From the human T2T-CHM13v2.0 reference genome, Homo sapiens, in the NCBI RefSeq assembly GCF_009914755.1, contig NC_060943.1: DNA of 64,000 bases; one strand, written 5' to 3'. A model generated the notes under the pieces. The model saw nothing but the letters and a program-made list of their open reading frames with translations. It ran no database searches and was not told where the DNA came from. Below, piece by piece: positions 1 through 24,100 of this stretch. The translations under genes and the position numbers were made by a program. The first letter of the stretch is position 1. The number at the start of each line of letters is the position of its first letter.

Positions 1-1169
<1,169 letters not shown>

Positions 1170-1199
1170 GTCGAATCATTTAGTTCTGGGTAGCAAGAG

Positions 1200-1560
1200 G
1201 CTGAGGAGGGGAGAGTGACGTCACCTCCGCGGGTGGGGCAGCACCGCTCCCCGAACCCGGGGGCCTCGAGCTCCCCAGGGGTCTAGGAATCCGGAGGGAG
1301 AGAGGAGAAACAGGAGATGAGATCCGGGGGAATGGTATCCTTGCCCCCTTGAACAGGAACTGGTAAACCCTTACCAATTACGGCCAACCCCCACTGCCAC
1401 CTGTCGCTGCCGTCGCAACCTGTCGCCTCCCACCCATGTTGTGGCTGCGCCCGCCCCCGTCAGGGCGTGACCACGGCGTGGATTACAACGACCGTGATGC
1501 TCCACGGCGCCGGGAGCTTTTGACGGAAGGTAGCGTAGGCGAGGGGCTTCATGGGACTCG
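1200..1560. promoter_or_regulatory. CpG-rich promoter-like segment downstream of NAPSA
   Basis: Dense CpG, palindromic CRE GTGACGTCAC at 1215-1224, GC box, CGGAAG, and a minus-strand donor TG|GTAAGG at 1375/1374. Confidence 0.5.
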
Positions 1561-1606
1561 TATTACAAAACCCCTCACCAGGGTGCGTCCTGGAGAAAAG
1601 GGGTGA

Positions 1607-2021
<415 letters not shown>

Positions 2022-2030
2022 TAGTGGATT

Positions 2031-2036
2031 TTTACT
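2031..2036 (-). terminator. NAPSA: NAPSA variant poly(A) signal AGTAAA
   Basis: TTTACT on the + strand ~50 nt past the stop. AGTAAA is a recognised PAS variant, and there is no AATAAA nearby. Confidence 0.7.
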
Positions 2037-2087
2037 GGGTAGCAGGACCTCCGCGACCACCCGCTGCGCATGCGCTTCACTTGGGCG

Positions 2088-9156
<7,069 letters not shown>

Positions 9157-9439
9157 CGCTGGGGACCTGGGTGTGAACCCAGGTGTCCTGGGGCCTCATT
9201 TTCTTTCCCCTGTGACTCCACCCTGTTCATGCCCCACCTCCAGGTTTAGAAGGAGACCAGGACATGAAATCTGTCCGCAGGTGACGCAGTGGGACAAGGA
9301 TGTTTTTTGAAGATTTGTGCAGAGTATTTTTGTAGGGTTGGCAGAAGTAGCATCCTGTGCTCCTGGTGCTCCTCACTCCCTACTTGGGTGGCAGTGGTGG
9401 TGGGGTCTCCTCCACCGTCACCACCTCCCACCCCCCCAT

Positions 9440-9600
9440 CCTTCAGCTGCTGTCAGTTTTACTTTTAACTTTCACATAACTTTTCTGAGACTTATTAACC
9501 ACAAGTGTTTCCTTGGCCAAGTGGGAGAGACCAGCAGGTATCTGTGAAGGGCCTGGGGGAAGGGAGAAAGGACATGATTAGACACCTGCCCTCACATATG
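9440..9600 (-). promoter_or_regulatory. NAPSA: NAPSA proximal promoter with NKX2-1-type CAAGTG sites and an HNF1-like half site
   Basis: CAAGTG at 9502-9507 and 9518-9523; ATTAAC (GTTAAT on -) at 9494-9499; E-boxes; unique sequence ~350 bp upstream of the ATG. Confidence 0.45.
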
Positions 9601-9629
9601 AAGTGGGCCCGCATTTCAGGACCCAGTCT

Positions 9630-11408
<1,779 letters not shown>

Positions 11409-11410
11409 TC

Positions 11411-12052
<642 letters not shown>

Positions 12053-12055
12053 ATG

Positions 12056-12690
12056 GTAAAGATCCACTTTGTGCACTCCTTGCTCTGGGGGATTTTCCTG
12101 AAGCAGCCGAACGTGTCCCTGATAACTGTCACCACCCCCCTTTGTTTTCTCAGTCAGAGCACTCGATCTGGGCCCCTTCAACTCGCCCCGCACGCTTTCC
12201 GTCTGCAGCACCCCATCCAACTGCACCCAAGCGCCCTTAAGTAGTTTGAGAGGCCGTGCCTGCAAATTCCCAATTGGCCACAAGGTGGAGGTGTGGGCCT
12301 GTTTTCCCAGCCAAGATTCCCCAGCCGCCACCCGTTTCTAGAGCTGGACCCCTGGAACACCAGGCTCTCTCCAGCTTTCCTGCTTCCGCCCTAGCAGTTC
12401 CCACCGCCTGGAATGCCGACTTGCTCGCTCTCTGCACCCCACGGGAAAAGGAGCAGAACAGGCTTCCTCCCTGACTCCCCTGCCCAAGCGTACTGGGAGA
12501 TCTCCTGCCGAACACGGCCCGGCCAATGGGACCTGGATCTCCCCATGTCTTGTCTCTCAGGGGGTTGTGACCGAGTGGGCCTCCACCATCAGAGGAGCAC
12601 AGTTTCCAGAATCGCCCAACACAATCTTTCCCGAATCCCCTCAGGAAGTGATTAGGTAAAGGATTGCCAGATTTTTAAACCCGTCATTTT
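12056..12690 (+). repeat. Low-copy direct repeat, copy 2 (paralog of 531-1169)
   Basis: Starts GTAAAGATCCACTTTGTGCACTCC and ends GGATTGCCAGATTTTT...GTCATTTT like copy 1. Confidence 0.93.
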
Positions 12691-13092
12691 ATTTACTAAC
12701 CTTGTAAGAAAGGAATTATCGCCCACATTTTACCGGGTTGGGGAGGGGCTGCTGCGGTGCAGCAAGATTAAGAGGAGGCAGCCCAGGTGCACTTGGAGGG
12801 GAATTGAACCTGGTTCTTGAAGCTGCAGACACCAAGTAATCAGCCCAGATGCCTCGCATCGTCTTTGCCAGGATTACTTTTGCCCCTGTTCCATTGGTGG
12901 GAATCTGTCACGTGGTTGCTCCTGGCTGCAAGGACGACCCGGAAATGTAGTCCAGTTGTGTGTCCAAGAGTGGGGGACCCTTTGGGTGACTCTCAGGCAC
13001 TGTGGGCCACATCAGACCCCACAAGGCCTCAAGTTCGGACCTGCGTTCCCTCTATGATCTTATATCGCACCTTCCCGAGGTCTCGCATTAGT

Positions 13093-13093
<1 letters not shown>

Positions 13094-13135
<42 letters not shown>

Positions 13136-13676
13136 AGGCAGAATCTCGCTCTGTTCAGGCTGGAGTGCAGTGGCTGTGATCTCGGCTCACTGCAACCTCC
13201 GAACCCCCAGGTTCAAGCGATTCTCCTGCCAATTTTTGTAATTTTAGTAGGGACGGAGTTTTGCCATGTTGGCCATGCTGGTCTCGAACTCCTGACCTCA
13301 GGTGATCTGCCCGCCTTGGCCTCCCAAAGTGTTGGGATTACAGGCATGAGCCACTGCACCTGGCCTACTCAAAATATTAAACATAGGCCGGGCATGGTGG
13401 CTTACACGTGTCATCCCAGCACGTTGGCAGGCTGAGGTGGGAGGATTGCTTGAGCCCAGGAGTTCCAGACCAGCCTGGGGAACATAGTGAGTCTGTCTCT
13501 ACAAAAGAATTACCTGGGCTTGCTAGCGCATGCTTGTAGTCCCAGCTACTCTGGAGACTGAGATGGCAGGATCACTTAGCCCAGGAGGTCGTGGCTGCAG
13601 TGAGCTGTGACTACGCCACCCCACTCCAGCCTAGGTAGCAGAGTGAGACACTGTCTCAAAACAAAACAAAACAAAA
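13094..13676. mobile_element. Divergent Alu pair (antisense with a long poly-T, then sense)
   Basis: Alu consensus. Confidence 0.9.
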
Positions 13677-14858
13677 AGTTAAACATAGAGTTACTGCATG
13701 ACCCAGCAATCCCACTCCAAGGTGAAATGAAACATATGTCTACACAAAAACTTGTACATGAATGTTCATAGCAGCGTTGCAGCCAAGAATAGAAACATCC
13801 CACCTGTCCATTAACTGGCGAATGGGTAGGTAAAAGGTGGTATATCCATACCATGGACTATTACTGTGCCATAAACAGAAATGAAGTACTGATACATTCT
13901 ACAAAGTAGATGAACCTAGAAAACGTTATGCCCAGTGAGAGATGCCAGTCACAAAGAGCTACATATTCCAACGATCCATTTATAGGAAATGTCTAGAATA
14001 GGAAAATTCCATAAAGTCATATAATTTTTTCTTTTTTTGAAACAGAGCCTTGCTTTGTCACCCAGGCTGGAGAGCAGTGGTACCATTATGGCTCACTGCA
14101 ACCTCAACCTCCTGGGCACAAGTGATCCTCCCATCTCAGCCTCCTGAGTAGCTGGGACAAGAGGCATTCGCTACCCTGCATGGCTTAGTTTTTAATTTTT
14201 TGTAGAGATGGGGGTGGGGGTGTCTCCCTATGTTGCCCAGATTGGTCTCAAACTCCTGGGCTCAAACAATCCTCCAGCATTGGCCTCCCGAAGTGCTGGG
14301 GTTACAGGCATGAGCCACCTCACTCAGCCAGATATAGATTAATGGCTGCCTCAAGCTGGAAGAAAAGGGTGGGAGAATTGGGTATAACTGTTTTTTGTTT
14401 GTTTGAGATGGAGTCTAGGTCTGTTGCCAGGCTGGAGGGTAGTGGCGTGATCTAGGCTCACTGCAACCTCTGCCTCCTGGGTTCAAGCGATTCTCCTGCC
14501 TCAGCCTCCTGAGTAGCTGGGATTTCAGGTGCCTGCCACCATACTCGGCTAATTTTTGTATTTTTGTAGCGACGGGGTTTCGCCTTGTTGGCTAGGATGG
14601 TCTCAATCTCTTGACCTTGTGATCTGCCCTCCTTGGCCTTCCAAAGTGCTGGGATTACAGGTGTGAGCCACCGTGGCCAACGGGTATATCTGCTTATGGG
14701 AATGGGGTTTCTTTGTGGACTGACCAAAATGTTCTAAAATTGGTTATGGTGGTGGTTGCACAACCCGTGAACTTGCTAAAAACCATTAAATTGTACTTGA
14801 AAGTGCTGAATTGTTTGGTGTGTGAACCAAATCTCAATAAAGCTATTACCAAAAAAAT
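13677..14858 (+). mobile_element. L1MB/ME-type 3' end interrupted by two antisense Alus
   Basis: GACCCAGCAATCCCACTCC...GAATGTTCATAGCAGC...TCTCAATAAAGCT. Confidence 0.8.
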
Positions 14859-15001
14859 TAGAGAATATTGGGTTACTTACAAATGAGAACCTTGGTCCAC
14901 AGCTACCTTCAGACAACAAAACTGCCAGTGACCGAGTGCTTCTGTATGCCAGGCACTGCGCTTCCGGCATCCTCATACCCTTCATAAGAAATAAGAACAA
15001 G

Positions 15002-16068
<1,067 letters not shown>

Positions 16069-16199
16069 CAGTTCCACCATATCAGGCACCTCATTTGAAA
16101 CCCACCCTGTTTATGCTTTTACCTCATTTAGTCATAAGAGTAAGGCAACAAGGTCATACTCTTGATCCCGGTGGGCTAGGGGAAGTCCCCATATGCTGG

Positions 16200-17220
<1,021 letters not shown>

Positions 17221-17224
17221 CTCT

Positions 17225-17903
<679 letters not shown>

Positions 17904-18115
17904 TAAGGAACTGGGCTCAGTGTTACACAGGAAGGAAGTGACAGAGACACCAGGTTCTGCCATTTCCAACGCTCATGTTAATCACTTGTTTCGCTTCTAA
18001 CATCCCTAGGTGGAAAATTCCACAATCTCAAACGATGGGCCTGAGTAGACATAATAAGTTACAGAAGAGCATGGATCACATAGTCCCATTTCTTTTTTAT
18101 AAAGGCATACACATA

Positions 18116-18642
18116 TGTCAGAGGCATTCCAACCACAGCGATTCTGTCTTGAATAGGAGCTTGGTAAAATAAGGCTGAGACCTACTGGGCTGCGTTCCCA
18201 GGAGGTTAAGGCATTCTTAGTCACAGGATGAGATAGGATAGGAGGTTGGCACAAGATACGGGTCACAAAGAGCTTGCTGATAAAACAGCATATGCAGTAA
18301 AGAAGTCAGCCAGATCCCAGCAAAACCAAGATGGCGATGAGAGTGACCTCTAGCCGTCCTCATGGCTCATTATACACTAATTATAACGCATTAGCATGCT
18401 AAAAGTCACACCCACCAGCACGATGACAGCTTACAAATGCCATGGCAACGTCAGGAAGTTCCCCTATATGGTCTAAACGGGGGAGGAACCCTCAATTCTG
18501 AGAATTGCCTACCCTTTTCCTGGAAAACTCATGAATAATCCACCCGTTGTTTAGTATATAATCAAGAAATAACTATAAGTATAATCACAGTGAACAGCCC
18601 AAGCCGCTGCTCTACCTGGAGTAGCCATTCTTTTATTCCTTT
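18116..18642 (+). mobile_element. MER41 (MER41B-like) ERV1 solo LTR, 3'-truncated
   Basis: TGTCAGAGGC start; AAGGCTGAGACCTACTGGGCTGC; CAAAACCAAGATGGCG; tandem GAS motifs at 18496 and 18517. Confidence 0.88.
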
Positions 18643-18644
18643 AT

Positions 18645-19738
<1,094 letters not shown>

Positions 19739-19779
19739 TCAGTCATGTGCGACAAGCAGCTATAGCTAGGGTTTGGCCG

Positions 19780-20060
19780 CAGGCTCAGAGAAGCGCATGA
19801 ATGAGCTAAAGCCACAAAGCGCGGGGCTGGAGGTTTGGCTCCCAAGAAGCGAGGAAATGGGTTCGGAACTCTTCTGCCAAGTCCCAGTAGATCTACCCGG
19901 TAAACTTCCGGTGAGTTTCCAACTTCCGTGCGGGGCAGCAGCTTCGGCTGGTCCTAAGCGGACCGGAAGTTCGTCAAGTTTCACGCTCCGCCCCTCTTCC
20001 GGACGTGACGCAAGGGCGGGGTTGCCGGAAGAAGTGGCGAAGTTACTTTTGAGGGTATTT
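19780..20060 (+). promoter_or_regulatory. NR1H2: NR1H2 TATA-less CpG-island promoter with an ETS (CCGGAAGT) cluster and GC boxes
   Basis: ACTTCCGG ~19904, ACCGGAAGT 19962, CTTCCGG ~19996, CCGGAAG ~20025; CCGCCC and GGGCGGGG boxes. Confidence 0.85.
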
Positions 20061-20124
20061 GAGTAGCGGCGGTGTGTCAGGGGCTAAAGAGGAGGACGAA
20101 GAAAAGCAGAGCAAGGGAACCCAG
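20010..20124 (+). other. NR1H2: NR1H2 non-coding exon 1 (start approximate)
   Basis: Donor CAG|GTAGGT at 20124/20125 just downstream of the promoter. Confidence 0.8.
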
Positions 20125-20266
20125 GTAGGTGCACCCGAGAGTGGGGAGACGCAGGAGGAGCCCCGAACCCGGGGCTTCTCGGCGCTCCCCGCGTACTCCG
20201 CTCTGCCCCCTTCTCTCCTTCCATTTCCTCCCCTCGGTAATTCGCGCCTCCCGCGGCTGTTTCCAG

Positions 20267-20374
20267 GGCAACAGGAGTAGTTCACTCCGCGAGAGGCCGT
20301 CCACGAGACCCCCGCGCGCAGCCATGAGCCCCGCCCCCCGCTGTTGCTTGGAGAGGGGCGGGACCTGGAGAGAG
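20267..20374 (+). other. NR1H2: NR1H2 5'UTR exon 2 (108 nt, contains a uATG)
   Basis: Acceptor TTTCCAG|G, donor GAG|GTGCGA. Confidence 0.8.
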
Positions 20375-20384
20375 GTGCGAGGGC

Positions 20385-20700
20385 GGAGCATGAATGGAGG
20401 AGGCGGGGCGGGGCATGATGGGAGGTGATGGGGCGGGACCTGCAGCGCGGTGCGGGGGCGGGGCATGAAGGGAGGAGGCGGGGCTGGGGGCGGGGCATGA
20501 TGGGAGGAGATGTGGCGGGGCCTGGAGCGAGGTTGTGGGGGTGCAGTAGGAAGGGAGGAGGCGGGGCGGGGGCGGGGCATGATGGGAGGGGATGGGGACC
20601 TGGAGCGAGGTTGTGGGGGTGAGGCTTGGAGGGAGGGATGCATATGGGGCGGGGCAAGGTGTTGGGAGGCCCATGATGGGGGCTTTAGGGGCTGAACCTG
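20385..20700 (+). repeat. G-rich degenerate tandem repeat, NR1H2 intron 2
   Basis: Recurring GGGGCGGGGCATGATGGGAGG and CCTGGAGCGAGGTTGTGGGGGTG. Confidence 0.8.
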
Positions 20701-21153
20701 GAAGGTTGAGGGCGGAGCATAGTAGGAGGAGGTGGGGTCAGAATGAGAAATAGGGATGCTTGGGGCAGAAGTGAGGTAGAGTCTTAAGAAGAGGAGGTGG
20801 GGGGAAACTACATGGCATGGAGGCCGTGAAGGCAGAGCATGATTAAAGGAGAATGGGCCCTACCTAGAAAAAGCAGGTGGATTGGACCTGAGGGGGCGGG
20901 GCCTACAGCAGGGGCGGGGCTTAAGACCAAGCTGAAGGCTGGCGTGGAACAGAAGGGGGCAGGTCTTGTTAGAAGGATGGGGAGGGTTTGTAGGCTGGCA
21001 GGAACCAGGGTTGTGGCTGAGAGTAGGGTCTTTGGAGAGATGGAAAAAAAAGGGAAAGCCCTGTCAGGACCTGTAACTGACCTAACCTAACCCTTCTTAG
21101 CCCCACAAGGCTCTCAATCCCCTGTATTCTACAGGCTGCTCCGTGACCCCACC

Positions 21154-21196
21154 ATGTCCTCTCCTACCACGAGTTCCCTGGATACCCCCCTGCCTG
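21154..21196 (+). CDS. NR1H2: NR1H2 exon 3 coding part (exon starts at 21135)
   Basis: ACCATGT; [14 protein letters not shown]; donor GTGAGT. Confidence 0.95.
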
Positions 21197-24100
21197 GTGA
21201 GTGACTCTCTTCCCCACCCAGCCCTTATCACACACGAGCAGAAGCTCACTGTACCTCTCCCGGATTCCACCCTCTTCCAGGAAATGGCCCCCCTCAGCCT
21301 GGCGCCCCTTCTTCTTCACCCACTGTAAAGGAGGAGGGTCCGGAGCCGTGGCCCGGGGGTCCGGACCCTGATGTCCCAGGCACTGATGAGGCCAGCTCAG
21401 CCTGCAGCACAGACTGGGGTGAGACAGGGCCCTGGAGTTGATGTGGGGGCTTGGGGAGGGGTTTAGGAAGGGAGAAAGAAATAGAAATGGGAATGGGAGG
21501 CCCTGATCTTTGCTTTTTGTTCTTGCTTTCTCCTTAACATATACATCTTTCTAAATTGCAATTTCCCTGAATGTGAGCAGCAACTCCTCTCTCCCTCCAT
21601 CCTCTGGCTCTTTGCCTGGGGATCTCCTGTGGGCCCATCTCTCTGGTTCCTGTTTCTCCTTGTGGCTTTCTCATGGCCTCTACCTACCCACCCCAGTCAT
21701 CCCAGATCCCGAAGAGGAACCAGAGCGCAAGCGAAAGAAGGGCCCAGCCCCGAAGATGCTGGGCCACGAGCTTTGCCGTGTCTGTGGGGACAAGGCCTCC
21801 GGCTTCCACTACAACGTGCTCAGCTGCGAAGGCTGCAAGGGCTTCTTCCGGCGCAGTGTGGTCCGTGGTGGGGCCAGGCGCTATGCCTGCCGGGGTGGCG
21901 GAACCTGCCAGATGGACGCTTTCATGCGGCGCAAGTGCCAGCAGTGCCGGCTGCGCAAGTGCAAGGAGGCAGGGATGAGGGAGCAGTGTGAGTGCAGCGG
22001 GAGGGGGCGGTGCCGGCCTGGCCCCCCGCCTAGCCCTGGGGTTCTGCTGAGGCCTGCATCCCCCTACAGGCGTCCTTTCTGAAGAACAGATCCGGAAGAA
22101 GAAGATTCGGAAACAACAGCAGCAGGAGTCACAGTCACAGTCGCAGTCACCTGTGGGGCCGCAGGGCAGCAGCAGCTCAGCCTCTGGGCCTGGGGCTTCC
22201 CCTGGTGGATCTGAGGCAGGCAGCCAGGGCTCCGGGGAAGGCGAGGGTGTCCAGCTAACAGCGGCTCAAGAACTAATGATCCAGCAGTTGGTGGCGGCCC
22301 AACTGCAGTGCAACAAACGCTCCTTCTCCGACCAGCCCAAAGTCACGGTACTGCCCCCTCCACAACCTTGAGTGTGACGGTCCCAATGGGGTAGAGCCAG
22401 CTGGGCCATCACCCAGGGTGTGGGAGAATGAGGCTCCAGAGGGCAGGGGCTTTGGGAAGAGGATCCCCCAGGGTGCAGGCTTGGCCTCAAGGTGGCCACC
22501 CAGACTTAGGCTCACAAAGACCTGGGAGTGACCCTGGTCTCCTGTGTCCCAGCCCTGGCCCCTGGGCGCAGACCCCCAGTCCCGAGATGCCCGCCAGCAA
22601 CGCTTTGCCCACTTCACGGAGCTGGCCATCATCTCAGTCCAGGAGATCGTGGACTTCGCTAAGCAAGTGCCTGGTTTCCTGCAGCTGGGCCGGGAGGACC
22701 AGATCGCCCTCCTGAAGGCATCCACTATCGAGGTAATGGTCCATCTGCCCACAAGGAACCCCAGAGATAGCTCCAGGACAGATGCTGGGAGCAGAGTTAA
22801 GGAAGACCAGTGCTTGCCGTTGTAGGATGACATTCCACGGCGAATAGAGTCTTCTATGAGCCAAGGAGAGAAAGGAAAAAGGGTCTGAGGCTGAGAAAAT
22901 TGAGGATCAGGCTAGAGGCGCTATTGCAGAGAAAAGTTGCCAAAAAGGCTTTTCAGAGGAGTTAGCATTTGAATCAAAGTAGGGATAACATATAAGTATT
23001 GAGCACGTGCTGTATGCCAGGCTCTATTCCAAGTGTTGGCATATGGGGCAAAGAACAAAGCAGATCAAACCCCGTGCCCCAAACCTTGTGCTCACCTGGG
23101 GAAAGAGTATCCTAAGGAGATGGGGATGCAGCATGTGCGGAAGCCTGAAGTGGAGAAAGAGCTCGGGCTGTCTCACGTGATGGCTGCACGCTGGTGTGGC
23201 TGAGAGAACAGGGGGGAAGGGGACAAGGGATAATCCTGGTGAGATTAGACCCCCATTTGGGCCAGGAGGGGAGGGACTAGCAGCTGAAGGGTCACAGGGC
23301 TCAAGCTCCCCCTCCCGCTGCCGCCCTTAGATCATGCTGCTAGAGACAGCCAGGCGCTACAACCACGAGACAGAGTGTATCACCTTCTTGAAGGACTTCA
23401 CCTACAGCAAGGACGACTTCCACCGTGCAGGTAGGGCCCAGGGGAGGCTTCGGGGAGGCTTGGCGCCCCTGCTGGCTGGAAGACCTGGGGCCAACTCATC
23501 CCTGTTGGAGTCTCTGTTTCTTTATCTCCAAAGTTGGGGTGAGGGTTGAGCCAAGGTGAGAGTGAGGTAAGAGTGCATGTGCCACGTGTGGTGGTGCACG
23601 CCAATAGTCCCAGCCACTCGAGGCTGAGGAGGGCAGATTGCTTGAGGCTATAGTGAGCCGTGATTGTGCGACGGCATTCCAGCCTGGTGACAGAGAAGAC
23701 CGTGTCTCTATTTTTTAAAAAAAGCATGTATTGAGTGCCGACTCTGTACATTGGGTTGCAGTGGAAGTTGAGATGGGAGGAGCCCTGTTACCACATCAGG
23801 CATCTTGGTGGGCATTAGGAAAAGCATTCCCCGCCCCCGCCAAAACGTGGTCTCACCCAAGGGAGGCGGGCTGGAGCTCGGTCCATTGTGAAGCGGGCAG
23901 CCTTCTTTACTGTCTAGGGGAGCACTGCTTCCTGCCCTCTGAGAGCGCTAACCTGCGTGGGTGGGCTTCTGGAAGAAGGCCTGGGCAGTGAGAGGCACTG
24001 CCTAGGAAAAGGGTGGGAGGAGCATTGCTAGTGCTGCAGAGCATGCACCAGGGCCTCGCTCCCTCATTGTCCCACAATCTCTGGGGGACCTCTCTGTATT

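Noticed and set aside
20043-20674. Pro-rich ORFs antisense to the NR1H2 5' region
   Set aside because: Products of the G-rich tandem repeat.
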